From positions 4,464,001-4,528,000 of the forward strand of contig JBHGNT010000006.1 in assembly GCA_043228905.1 (NCBI GenBank): DNA of 64,000 nucleotides, written 5' to 3'. Origin of the DNA: Azolla caroliniana (Eukaryota; Plantae; Polypodiophyta). The position numbers and the translations under genes are program-made. Of the stretch, positions 13,250 through 27,290 are shown piece by piece (position 1 is the stretch's first letter; each line of letters starts with the position of its first letter). The notes beneath the pieces are model-generated. The model was not told the origin of the DNA and did not search any database. It was given only the letters and a program-made list of their open reading frames with translations.

Positions 13250-14800
13250 ACTAAAGTTTGAAAGAATGTCAAAACCCGAAGATTTGTTGAAATCTGAATT
13301 GTAAACAAGATCAAGACCTGGCCCAAATCCTAAACTTGAAGATCAACCCACATACTCAAAGAACAAACTTTGGCAAACCCAAGATCTTAAACCGGAAGAC
13401 CAATCCATATACATGAAATTGAAGACCAATCCATATATCATGATAGGTTATTGAAAGCACAAATATCATACTCATAAAAATAGAAATTTCGTTGAAATTG
13501 AAACGCAAGAACAATCATAGTCCCAGATCCTAACCAAAAGAATAACCCCAAATCCAAACCCATAGGCCAACCTGCATAGTTGAAAATTTATCAAATACAT
13601 AAAATCAAAAGACAAAATCATATACATAAAACAAAAAGGCAAATGGAATATTCAACCGTGAACTTGATGATCAACTCTAAATCTTAAAATTGAATACCAA
13701 TTTTGAATCCAAAATGGGAAGACAAATCTATATGGCCCAAAACACAACCCAATGATATACAAAAAAATGAAAAATAGGTCAAAATCCTAATTCAACAACC
13801 AGACTATTTTAAACCCTGTACCTAACCGAAAGATATGTCAAAATTTTGAACCATTAACTTGAAGAATAACTCATATACATAAAAAATAAAGCTAGTGGGA
13901 ATTCTAAACAAAGACCAATTAGAATCGAGAATCTTGATATCTAAACAAAGGCCAATTAGAATCAAGAAACTAAACAAAGACAAATTAGAATTAAGATTCC
14001 TAAACTACGAATCCAAACTTTTTAAAGTCGAATATAGTCCACATACCATGAAATATATTCAAATATATAAGAACTCAAATCCCAAATCATATGCATAAAA
14101 CTAAAATGTTGTGCCAATAAAAGAGCGCAGTGGGACAAGTAGAGGTGAGATAAAAAAAAAGAGGGGGTGGGGATTATTACCGGATTTGTGGGGGGGAGGG
14201 TTAGCCCATGTGGATCTTCCTACTTGAACTTTGTTGTAATTCGTTTGCTAACTAATGTGTAAGTAGTTTTTTTTATTTAAAGCCAACCAAAAACTTGACC
14301 CTGGGAATTGTTGGTATCTTGAATGCTAAACCTAAAGACCAACCTAGAATCTTAAAACTCAAAACCATTGCTACAAACCCAAAATATTGTCAAACACCTG
14401 AAAACAAAAAGCCTAAATCATATAAGTAAACAGAAGCCGATCAAATTCCTAAATGAGGAACAATTGGAATCCTATATACTAAACCCAAAAAATGAACTTT
14501 GAATTCTAAATCGGAACGAAGTCCACATGCCAAAACATTATCAAATACATAAATGGCAAAAACCGAAATCATATGCATAAAAACGAAAGGCAAGTTGGAA
14601 TCCTAAATCGAAGACTAGTCTAAATCTTCAATCCTAATCTAGAAAACCAACCCACATGGCCAAAGGTCAAACGATTTAAGACCGAGGAACTTAATTACCT
14701 AAAGACTAGTGAAAATCCCAAATCCTCAATTGGAAGATCAAACTAGAATCCTAAACTTGAATATTAATTCAACATCCTTGGAACAAAGTATTTAGAAACT
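13250..14800. repeat. Degenerate A/C-rich tandem-like repeat region
   Basis: Recurrent GAATCCTAAAC / AAAGACCAA / AATCATATACATAAAA motifs; clearest copies at 13905-14005. Confidence 0.55.
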
Positions 14801-15637
14801 TGAATCATACATACTAACTCTCAATTATTCGAGGGTTGGTCGAGAGAAAACCACTAGGAGTAAGATCCTCAATGGTATGTAAATATAAACATTTGATTTG
14901 AAAACATAATTTTAACATGCAATCATACCTAAAAACCACAAATAATATACTAAAACCTTACAACACATCAATCATGTGCTTAAAGTCTAAAGTCAAAACT
15001 ATATATCATACATAAAGATGGAAGCCCTCAAATAGAAAAATTAAGGATAAATCTATTAGGGGTCACTTGGGACACACGGGTCACCTACGTTCAAATCTTT
15101 TACACAAAACCTTTGTCTCTTCATTATTGAAACTCGTTGAATTTCCAACACTTATGTTGAAAATTATGAGGGACAACCATTCAAATCTTTCACAAATGTT
15201 GATAATTTGAGCACTTACAAATAATAATAAGCTGGAAATTCTAGCATTTGTTGGTGAGCTATGAGTTAATGATGAATTTTATGGACTAGTTTTTGAGGGG
15301 TTGTGGAAATAACAAGTTTGTTACCACTAGTTTTGAAGAAACCTTTTGGTTGTCATTTCTACACATAATTTCTATCATGTCATTCACCTTTAGCATTAGC
15401 ATCGAAAGTGGCCTCAAGTTTGATGCTTGAGAAATTGTGATTGAGATTGAATTGATCATTCATTATTTGGCCTTTGAATTCTATAACCTCATTATCAACG
15501 ATAACATCATGGTGATCAACGTCATTCTTGCATTCTTCATCATTATCTTCTTCGACCTCATAGAACCTATATTCATTAAACTAATCTACGAGATATAATT
15601 CTTGATTCAATCGATCACACAAGTATCTCATGATTTA

Positions 15638-18008
15638 ATAAAAGGCAAAAATGAAGGCTGGGTGGGATTGATAGATCCAGTGGTGCAAGTGAAGGCCTTG
15701 TTTGTCACGGACAAGTATAATAGAGCAAAGCAAAGACAAGACTAGAACACAAGAGAGAGGAAAAGAACAAGAACTCAACTTATAGAATCCGTAACTGGTG
15801 TAGTTCACCTTGATTAGAATCAAGGTGCACCTGAGTATTTATACAAGAAGGGCTATGTAAGCCAACTAGAAATAGAGAATGCATGAGGATGCATGCAATA
15901 GAGAATGCATGAGAATGTGTGCAAGCTAGAAACTTCCAATGTTCAATCTACACTATATGAAGTTGGATTGATATAAGGGTGTATATGTAGCTCAATTGGT
16001 AGGGTTGCCCAATAGAGACCATGAGTTCTTGGGTTCAATCCCTACCTTCCTTCGTGGCATATGTCTATGACATTGTTGGGAAACCAAATTGGTAGACAAG
16101 AGCTTGCAACCACCTGAGGCACCTTGGAAAATTCTATGGAGACGCAAATGGAAGATGTTGTTGTCGAGACAAGGTGGAAGCTGGCCAAATAGCCCTTTTC
16201 AGGATTTTGGCCAAAAATGCAAAGTATATGTGTTGCTGGAATTATGAAGGCGTAGCAAGGAATTAGAAAGGGGATCACATGCAGGTGGAGGAATGATGCA
16301 TATGCTCGGATGTACATGCCAATTGTGTGGAACCCACTGATCAAAGATGTGGATGGGTTGATGATATGACAAAAAGCAGGCTTCAAATGGGACAACTTAA
16401 TCAATATCCAAGGGAATGCGTAAGTGAACTGGAAGAGATTTCTATCTAATGATGTGGTCACTCAAAAGACTAGGATATGGAGGAGAAGCAAGGGTAAAGC
16501 CATGCTCAAGAGAATTACATATGGCCTTTGAAGATGAAGATATAATGACCCCCAAAATTGAATGGACGGGACTTATAGATGATAGAAACTAAGCACTGTG
16601 GAATTAAGGGAATAAATACAGGATCTAATGAAGCATATTGCTACAAAATAGAACATGGAATGACAATATACGAGCAACCAACCTATCAAACTGAAACACG
16701 ATCACACTAATTGCAAAAATGGAAAGGATATGATGATTGACCCCAAGTCGAGTGAGATCACACTGACAATTATAGTGTACTGGCCAATAGAAGGGCATTC
16801 AGATTAGCTATCATGGGACCCAACGATGTATTTCTGGAGAACTCAAGGACGAACTGGGGGTGCAAAGTTGGTTCAGTTTCTCAGGTACAACACAAAAATC
16901 AAGAGGCAAATTATTCTAGAACAAGAATACAACGAGATTGCAACACAAAAATATTGGATACATGAGGGCATTAGTGAAAGGTGATTAGATAAATTCTGGA
17001 AAATGTTATGACATGACGATGATGATCACAAGATAATGATATGCTTATGGCTTATTGCGCATAGAGCCTTCCGGTAGGGACGTGGGGCAAAGGCCCCAAT
17101 GTAGACCCCCAGACGTAGTGCATGTGGACAGTTGGAAAGCATTCCCTATTGTCTATGGGAATGTCGCGAGGCAATTGCTATATGGGGAATGGCATTACGA
17201 TTGTTATGCCATGCCTCTAGCTCATTTACCCTCAAATGGGGACATGCTTGCCGAAACTGTCTTGATGATGACGTGGAGAAATATGATAGACATGCAAAGT
17301 AATGTACAGAGGGGAGAATGGAACTATTCGGCTAATCACTGATACCGGGGTACCTATAGTTATTGCAGAGAAGCAAAAAATTGGATATCTATGGATGCAC
17401 CTTGCACCCATTGTCGTATGGTGCATATGGACAACAAGATGTACTAGGGTATTTTCCGCAAACAAACGGCCTCCTACTGAATCTATTAAGCTAACATGGC
17501 ACACACTGATAACTAGATTGAGGGCGCAGTATGAGTGGATTGATGGAACTAATGATGCTTGAGAACTAAATTAAATGAGGCTGCATTTCCGAAAACGTTA
17601 GTGTACTACATCGATGGTTGCAAAAAATGGAATGGATATACAACGGTAATACGTGGTACCCAGATAATTGTTCCCCCCTCCCATTAGTTGAAAGAGGGGC
17701 GTGAATGAGATGAGATACATAGAGAATAGACATGTGGGCTATGGAATGCAGGTGATGTGTATGGAAAGTGGGTGGATAATTAATAAATAGATATAACCCG
17801 GTGTAGATCGGTTAGAGACATATATGAAACTGTAAGATAAATATGAGATGCCGCCGAGATGTAAGTAGAGGTCGGTGTCGAGCTTTTGTACAACCAACAT
17901 AGGGTATATAATAGTTGAGAATCTTAGGATAATTTAGGCAAGGACTAAAGTTTACAAAAGGACATATTTAACTAAATTATGGAGTATATTCTTTTTTGGA
18001 AAAAAAAG
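15638..18008 (+). mobile_element. 5'-truncated L1-like LINE interrupted by a solo LTR
   Basis: TSD AGTATCTCAT(G/A)ATTTA at 15622-15637 and 18009-18024. GLIDPVVQVKAL|LG..KLVDKSLQP reads across the LTR insertion; VWCIWTTRC and LFPPP C-terminus; poly(A). Confidence 0.82.
15703..16072 (-). mobile_element. Solo LTR (370 bp, TGTCA...TGACA) with a tRNA-like cassette
   Basis: 5-bp TSD TTGTT at 15698-15702 and 16073-16077; minus-strand TATAAATA near 15840; A/B-box cassette at 15985-16046 on plus. Confidence 0.85.
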
Positions 18009-19893
18009 AGTATCTCATAATTTATGATTAAATTTTGCTCTTGAACAACTGCTTTGGGGAAACCTTGAGATGTTCACATGTGTAGCATATGTGTGCTTGA
18101 GACGTGTATATTTGATTAAAACCTGACACCTATGTTTAGAATAATTTAAAGATCCTTCGGTAAGAAAATGATGAATGAATGTATTTGTAATATCAATAAT
18201 ATATTTTTAGAAAGCGACACAGTTTAAATAGGAATAAAGAGAATATAAAATCATTTCAAGCAAGATAAATCAACAAATGGGAAACTCTCTCCCTAGGGAA
18301 ACATGTGGCAATAATCTTGTCCAAGATGGATCAATACCTTGTTGAACCAAACTATTGGGAATACATCCAAAGGGAACTCGAAATGATGTCAACTGGCATA
18401 GTTGATGTCAATTATCTAAGTGTTCAACAAGAAGCTAGGCATGTCATGTATTGCCTCATAACTTATATCCAAGCACACATGTTCAACTACGTGAAGGATA
18501 TTATCAAGAAGCTAAAAGAAGTGTGGGAAAATCCAGAAAAGATTTTTGTTGTCAGAGCAACCGCATATTAGGTTGAATTGCATTCATCCATAGGGCAAGC
18601 TCATTAATGTGTATACCGTAAAAATTATTTTTTTGCGTGATTCTCTTGTCTCCATCTTTGTGCGGGGTCAATAAGGGAAAAAATGTGGAAATATGAGGTT
18701 GTGGCCTCTCACAATGGTTCAGTGCATTAAGAATCATTATCCTTATGACAAAAAAGTGGTCATCATTCTTTGACCTCCAATCAGTCTTCTTGGTAGAAAC
18801 AAACCAGGCCCACACAAAGAGCCTAGCCTTTGAAGGCCAAATGCTTTACACACTCAAATCTCAATTGTGACCGTGAATGAGAAAACAAGTAGGGAATTGG
18901 GATATACGGCGACAATGAGTACCATCAACAAAGTGTGAACTCCCAAACATGTCATGAGAGTGACGTCATGTAACTTCATGATGGCAAGGGCCAATGAGGA
19001 AACTCTAGATGAAGGGGGAGTTTTAACATAAGAGAAAACTAACCGGAATGTTGGTATTGTACCAAGCACCACCACATTGAGGAAAATTGTTCTATTACAT
19101 GTTGGTGAGCTTCAAAATCATGGAGCAAGAAAAATGCAAGTATGATTCAATAAAGAAGGGTGCTTCATTAAACAGTTTCAAGGACAAAAGAAAATTGGTT
19201 GCCCTTGTAAGAAGAAAAGGTGGATGTTTATCTCAACGACAATATGGTAAGATCCACAATTTTTGCCAAAGATCAAGAGGTAAAAGAGTACGATAAACAT
19301 TGACTTGTAGTTCAAGCATGTTAATCTATAAAAGTTGCAGTCAATGCAATCAAGATTGTTTGATATTTTCAATTTGTGATATGAAAACACATTGGAAGTT
19401 AAGTTTCCTTAAAAGAAGTATCTTTGCATGAAATACCGCAAAAAAGAGGAAAATTATTTAGCTTACAAGTTTAATGGAGAAAGAATCACTACTATCTTTC
19501 TTTGATATCTAAGTACTTTTTCCACTTCATTAACAATATATGAACTTGCAAATGTAGTTAAAACCTTACGGATGTTTTGGGTGGAGAGAATCATTTATAT
19601 GTTAAAGGGCACGACCAAAATGGTTAATGGGGAAAAACATAAGGAAGGCATGAACAATCTCTTCGAGTATTTGTGAAATATTAACAAAAATGGACCACCT
19701 ACTCGGAAATACTAAGAGGCAAGCGTGATGTTAGAGGAATTACTTTGGGGCATAATGGGTTCATTTCTTACTCTCAGATTAGGACAAAGAGAACGTGATG
19801 ACATCCATAAAAAATAGCTTTATATGAATGGTCGCATTTTTCAAGCATACAAAGACAATTTTGACAACAACATAAGACAAAGAGGTGCTAATG

Positions 19894-21590
19894 CAGGGCC
19901 TGAATTTGACGGGTTAGTCTTTAAGTTTTTGACGGGCATTTTTTAAAGATGTATGTCATATGACATGAGAGTGCAAAAACTAATATGTCATTTGGCGTAC
20001 AAGTTTTAATAATGAAAAGCTCTATATGATGCTTCATTATTATACATTTTATTACTATAGAAAATACACAAATAAACATAACTACCCGACAAAGATAATG
20101 AAATCATACAAATTGAATACTTAATCATCATATATTTCTTAAAGTCCAAAAAATACAAAAAATGTTTGTCATACCGTGACTCCTCATATTAAGCATTGTG
20201 CAATATGTGTCTACTTCAATGATACTATCCTTCTCTCTTTCACTTCAAACCAAAGGTTAAATATATCCCTCCAACAAATGTTTGATGTCTCTTGAGCATT
20301 CAAGGATATAAACATCCGCATAATTCACAATGAGAATGATTCCATTGTACTAACTAACATATACACAAACTTCGATATTTCAAATCCATGCGTAATTAAG
20401 CACTTGATGTTCGTTGTTGGTAATACATACAATGCCTTCTTCAATTTACATGCATAACCTAAGAATTTTGGATATTGCATATAAAATTCCCTGCATGCAT
20501 GCTCATGTACATATTGTTCCCAACTACTTGTGCATTAGTGGCATAAGCATCTTCGCTAAGCTCATATGGCCAAATGAGCATACCATCTACAAGATATTTG
20601 TTCTCTATCAAAGTTTTGTTAACTCATACAATACAATATGTACTTGTATGATGTGTGACGTGTGACAATAAGATATGCTTATTGTACTCGATGACTTATA
20701 ACATACAATATAGTAAATACAAAAAATCTGATCACTAATTTTAAGAATCAAAATATCCCCAATATTAAGATTCAATAGACCAAATTAACCTCCAATTTAG
20801 AAAGTGCATGAAAATTTTAAAATTTTAAAAATCTTCCTAGAGTATCCTAAAATTCCTCTAGCATCACTTGTGCATATTAATAGTTCATCCAATCAACAAT
20901 CAAACTTAATAACCTCATCACAACCATGCTCCTTGATATCTATGGGTTCAACCAATCAACAATCAAACATATCTCACCTCCTCCATGCTTTCTATGGCTT
21001 TCAATAAGTCCATATTGGACAAACATATGTAACTAATCACTCTAATTGGTTAGTCCTTATCCTATTGTTGATTTTTGTGGGAATAAAAGAAAATGCATTC
21101 CACTTTGTCATACACGCTTCTCATGAGCAATCTTCAAAGAAAAAAGATTCAATAAAAGAGAAAAACAAAGAAAATAGAGAGAAAGAGAAAAAAAGAGACA
21201 AAATACATACTTCAGAGTGGTGTAATGGCAAACAATAGATGTCGTGCAATCATCGAGAAGTGACAGGGAGCAACGAGTAGTGAGCGAGCCAGGAGAAATG
21301 GGTAACAACCAAGGAACAGGGAGTAGCGATGAAGGAAAGCAACGAGCAACGCGTGAAGAAGGAAGCAAGAAAAGAGAAAACAGGGGGGAAATAGAAAGAG
21401 GGGTGAATTTGGGAATGAAACATTGGAAGAAATATACAATATAAATATTTTCCTATACTATAGAAATAGCTAGCTCATCCGGCTAGATTCCAGTTGGTCA
21501 GAAATACTGCCGGAATCGATTCCGGCTATCCATAATGGTTGTCATTGGCCGGCAAAAGTCCCGACTCCCAATTCAACCTTTGCCCAACAC

Positions 21591-21632
<42 letters not shown>

Positions 21633-21809
21633 ACATGGAAATTAAATTTTTAGCATGTCATTTGACATGTATAATTTTTGGGCGCCTTTCGCATGAAAAA
21701 TGAAAATGGCAAGTTTATATGTCACTTGACGGACATTTTTATTGGGTGTATGTTTTTGACGGGCAAAATGGCCTTAGATGAGCATGACACCCGTCAAATT
21801 CCTGCCTTG
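19894..21809 (-). mobile_element. Internally deleted hAT-superfamily (ZNF862-like) DNA transposon
   Basis: Imperfect TIRs CAGGGCCTGAATTTGACGGG / CCCGTCAAATTCCTGCCTTG; TSD GTGCTAATG at 19885-19893 and 21810-21818; subterminal TGACGGG/TGTCA repeats; minus-strand remnant MFISLN...CWRDIFNLWFEVKERRI resembles a hAT transposase C-terminus. Confidence 0.78.
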
Positions 21810-22092
21810 GTGCTAATGCATAGAAAAGACCTTTGTTTCATGAATTGATAAGAGATAGATTCAAGCAACCAAAGTGATTGACGAAGAAATTATAGTACAT
21901 GCATTTGATCTTATCATTAATGTGACAAAATGATATGTGTAATGTGTACCTTATGTGGTTTTGTAATAGACTTTAGACTAACATTAATCCTCATTCTTAC
22001 ATACACACATACACATTCATTCATTCATTCATAAATACATATAGTAGATTAGCTATGGATTCTACAAGATTTTAGTATGATAGGATTCAGGG

Positions 22093-25000
22093 TTTTATTT
22101 TTATTTTTATTTTTTTCCCAAAAAAAAACTACTTCGCATTAGTTAGCAAATAGAATACAATAGAGTTTACCCAAATCCACAATGGGGTCAACATATACAA
22201 CTTGGAGGAACAACTCCAAAACTATCAAACAAAAACAACAAAAAACTCAACCGATCCTTAACTCAAACAAAACTGAAATAAACCCTATTTTACCCCAACT
22301 CCACAACTCTCAACTAACTCTTTTCTAGCAACATTATCCGGGTAATATGACTATACTAACGCACGCTTGTGTCAGCAATACATACATAATTACAACCCAT
22401 GTACAATATTGGGAGCCATCGGTGGAAATGGCCACCTAGGTGCCTGGTAATTCCACTTAGGCCTCGATGAAGATTTGACTAGGATGGGAGAGCTGCTCCA
22501 TTTCAACAAGAACTTTGACCTTGCCCTTGTTGCTTCTTCCGATTCCCCTTGAATCGAATCATGCCGACTGTACAACCAAGCCACAAGATCAAACCAAATA
22601 TTTAACATCATCTCCCCACATGAGAGCTTTTGCTGCTGAAAAACAAACTTACAACGCCTGATCCAGATGTGCCAGGCTGTTAAACATGCCACCATAAGCC
22701 AAATCTCCTCGAAAAATTCAGAATTTGTACCTGGTCTCACCCCATCACATTGGAACACGCTACCACCCTGCACTATAAATCCATGTCCTTGTGGGTTTAA
22801 CCGTTCACCCTAGTTGTCCCCTTTTAGGGACAATCCTTGTATTGAGCCCCACACAACGTTCCCTTTCACACCACAAGTTGCCACGATTCGAAGGCTTCTA
22901 CTCCAAATGGTAATCTCCTTTGTACAATTCCAAAAAGAGCGAGAGATTGATTCCAAAGCATGTCCACATAACTTACGGCCAGCCTCATCACCACGGGAGC
23001 TCAACCACTCGCCTATAGGTATCGCCTTGTGGCTAAGAAGCCACAACCAAGCCTTAATTTTTTCTGGCATATCCAATGCCCATAGTCTCCTCCAAAACGA
23101 CTTCAAATCGTCGTCTGAAATGCCTTTATCCTTCCAACTATTGTGAATCATTACAACACCCACGGTTTTGGAGCCAATGATTCGTCTTCTTAGCTTGGTA
23201 TTGTACTCAATTTTTTTTTTCAAGATGTTTGTTCCTGGTGTCTGCCACCATACCTCCAATGGATCCCACTCCAACTCATATAAGGGCTTGTTATCGAAAA
23301 GCCATATTTTACGATCATGATCCAATGTCTTAGGGTCTGGGTTCAATTGCCAACACTTACCCTCCAACACTGCCACCCGCACTGCCAACCACCTACCATC
23401 AGTTGTCAAAGAACTTAAGTTACCCCACAAACGATCCTCCCGAGTGGAGCACCTACCACGGATAAGTTGTGCATCACCCTCACCTACAAACCAGTTTGAC
23501 CAAACTGCCTCTTCCACATTCAACTTACCTAATCCAGCAACAACCCCATGTATCAACTGGGTTACCTTCTCTAGTCTTCCAGTAATCCTACAACTAACAG
23601 CCTGACCCGCCCACATCTTCATGTTGAAGACCTCCCAATCGTGTACCGAATGAATCTTTTACCGTAGCATCCTCCCCCAAGGCAAGTACTTTTGTTGTCC
23701 AAGCATCATACCATCTTCACTTCTAATCCTAGGGTTCCAAAACAACGGTTGTCGTAGCTGTTCATCCACTATTTTCGTTTGCATTAAGACCGACCCTTCT
23801 CTTATAACTTGACCATGCCTTCATTATGGCGTGAACCACCCTATCCTCCATGCTAGCCAGTTCTTTCAACTTTAGAGTTGGACTGAACAACCACCATGTA
23901 TTTGCCTGCCAAGGACCACCATTTCTAGGACACCGAAGGTCAGCTCTATTCCTAAGGACCACCTTCCACAATTCTGGTCCGGGTTGCAGACTTCGCACCA
24001 AAAGCTTACCAAGTAGAGCCTTACTTTGGTGAAATGGATCCACCAGTCCAAGTCATCCTTGATTCTTTGTCTTAATTAAACAACCCCACGCCACTTTAGC
24101 TGACACCATCTCATTGTCTCTACCCAACCACAGGAAGCCTCTCACCATTGCCTTAATATTTTTTATGCAGGCTTTGTCTAATATCCAACATGCCACTGAA
24201 TGCCACATGGTGGCCAAAAAAATATGGTTCACCACCACAACCCTACCAGCAAGGGAGAGCTTTACTGATGCCCACAACCGAAGCTTTTTTCTAATTTTGT
24301 CTTTGACCTACTCAAGTTGTTGATTTTTAGGTGTCTCAACTCCCACCAAAAAGCCCAAATACTTAACAACCATGCCATTGGGGACCCATTGAAAATCAAG
24401 GTTAGGACACCATAATGGCCGTGGGTTTGAACTTACCCAGAATCCTCTACTTTTGTTCTAGTTAATTTTCCCCCCTGATGCTTTGCAAAACCACTCAATC
24501 CATCCTTCAACCTTCTCTAAATTAGCATCATTGCCTTGCAAGTAAAACATAGTGTCATCTGCATACTCAGAGTCCAACAAATCCTTGGTCGCATGTGGAA
24601 TAACTAAACCCCTTATTCCTACATTCGACCTGTTCAAAAAGAAAGAGAATGCCTTTGTAATAAATAAAAATAGATAGGGGGCCAACGGGCACCTCTGTCT
24701 AACAGACCTACGTAATGGAATTGATGGGCCACGATGCCTTGCCACTAACACTCTACTCGAACTTCCTGTAAAGGGCCATTGCAGCCAATCTCCATTTTAA
24801 AGGTAATCCCAACCTTTCCATGACTTTAGCTAAAAAAGGCAACTAAACTCTATCATATGCCTTCTCAAAGTCAAGCATGAGACAGACAATGTGTTGATTG
24901 GTTTTCTTTGCCAAGGCAATCGCCTCCCAAAATGTCAACAAATTATCAATTATGCATCTGTTTTCCATGAACCCTATTTGTCCAACATGGATTAGTTCCT

Positions 25001-26500
25001 GTAGGTAGGGTTTTACCCTCTTGGCTAGTATATTGGCAAATATCTTATATATTGTGTTGAGCAGCGTGATCGGTCTCCATTGCCTTGCATCAGTTGTTAC
25101 ACCTTATACCTTAGGAATTAGAAATATCATCCCCTATTGAAATTGCTCAGGTAAGTACCCAACATCCCATGCCTCTTTTAGCCCATCAACCAAATCAGGC
25201 TTGATCAAGTCCCAAATTTTTTCGAAAAGATCTCTTGATAGTCCATCAAAGCTTGGACAGGACGTTCTGCAAATACCTGTCAAAGCATCAACCACCTCCT
25301 CCAAGAGAGGCCTCGCCAGAGTAGCTTGTGTTGCATTTGAAATTTTGTGTTGCATTCCCTCTAGCACATATTCTATCATAGTAGGTTGTTCGAGGATACT
25401 GTAACTATCCGAAAGCAACTCATGATAGTGAGAGGTGATCGTCTCCAAGATCCCTAAAATATCCTTCGACATAGAGCCATCTTCCTTAACCAACTTCAAA
25501 TTGTAGCTACAGTTTATTCTAGGTTGTTTATGCATGAAAAATTGTTTATTCACCTTATCCCCATTTTTGCTCCACCATGCCGCCGAAATCCTAAATAGCA
25601 TCGTATTTCTGGATGCAATCAAGAGTTGCAATGTTTCTCTAGCAACCTCAACCTCAAGGCCTGCCCTAGACCATTGGCATCGGGGATCTTTTTGTAATAG
25701 CCTTTGGGCAGCCGCTATTGATCTCCTTAAACACATTTCTTCCTCCTTAGACCTTGTAATTCTACTTTTCGTTGCCCTATGGAGATAAGTTGAAGTTTCG
25801 ATAATCTTCCCTTGAAGTTTATCAATTGCGCCACACCCAGTCCAATTGCTTTCCCATATACGCCTTATGTTTCTACTCACCTCCAAATCCTCAAAAAGTT
25901 TTTTGTTGATCCTCACATTGCAGTCCCTTGTTGGTCTCCTCTACGTTTCTAGCGTTATCTTAACTGGCATATGATCGGAGTAGGCTGAACCTGCAATGAT
26001 TTCAACATTGGTTCCAAATTTTTCTAGTTCTGAATTGATGTATATTTTGTCTATGCGAGACATGCAAAAGCCATGCATACTGCAGCTTGCTCTCGAAAAG
26101 CTTAGAGAACTTCGAGGCTTTTTTATTACATGCCAGGCATCTTTCACCCCCATTCAACCCATCAGCAAATCCCATGCAACTAGTTCAGCCCCCTGCACCA
26201 CCATTGGCATACCCCCCCCCCCCACCTTGTCCTCTTTGTACAAAGTCATGTTAAAATCCCCAACAAGGATCCATGCATCTGCAATTGGCAAACCATCAGC
26301 CAATTGCCTCCAAAAAAGGGCTTGGTTCGTTGACAAATTGGGCACATACACATTTATTATGCTAATTATATATTGGGACCATCTAATAGTCACATAGATG
26401 GCACGTCCCTCCACTATGGTGTCCTGTCCCACCACAACGACATCTGAAGACTTCCTTATAGATGTACATACACCCCCTTTCCTACAGTGCTCACCTTTCC
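22093..26500 (-). mobile_element. L1-like LINE ORF2 (EN-RT-zinc finger), degenerate, 5'-truncated
   Basis: EN (INVYVPN, ILVGDFN, SRIDKIY, SDHMPV); RT (WRPITLLN, LDFEKAYD, RQRCPLAPYLF, YADD); C-terminus AWHIWIRRC...KWNYQAPRWPFPP; T-rich tail on plus at 22093-22150. Confidence 0.92.
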
Positions 26501-27290
26501 TACATGTAATGTAATCTTTAAAATGTATTATTTTAAACTTAAAACCTTGAGTTGTAACAATATATGTAGATAATGGATTTTTAAAAATAAGTATTTTTAA
26601 ATTATAACATATGCAAGAAAATTAAATGATTATCCTTTAATCTACCACATTGATTTATGTATGAAATAAGGGTTGAACATGTTACTCAAAAATAACATTT
26701 TTCTTGGTACATATATTGAAGTAGTTATGAATCAACTCAATATTGTGAAATAGAGCATCATCCACTTTTCGATAATAACTAAACCTCTTATTAACTTTAC
26801 TTCTATTATCATGGAGATAGGAGAATAATTAAGTCACTAAGGTACTAAGCTTTGCAAAGATCCCTCAAAAATGTCTTGGTAAAGCTTGGAATTAACTAAA
26901 CAATTTTCTTACATTATAGAAAGTTCATTTAAGTTATTGATGTATCTTGGACCATTTCCTACCTATTAACTATAGTTAGACAACAATATTTATGAATAGA
27001 GCAATAAATTTAATACGCATGTCTTCACGTGGAATAGACAAATAATTATAATTAACTGCACAGATTGATGTTACTCTAGTTGGTAGAAATTTGCTTGAAT
27101 GATCACAGCCAAATCCATGAATACTTAATATCCCTGTAGTAAGCAATAAATGATCATTTGGTTGGCAATCTACTATTGACTATATGTAATTTATCAAGGG
27201 ATGGTGACCTTATCTCTTTATCTCTACATGTTTGTCTATTCTTTACGTTGGCCTTAGGTACAATTGTTGAGGAAGATAAAGATTACATTT

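Noticed and set aside
15985-16046. Functional tRNA gene, or SINE head fused to a LINE
   Set aside because: No convincing acceptor or anticodon stem, and it lies inside a TSD-bounded solo LTR that interrupts the LINE.
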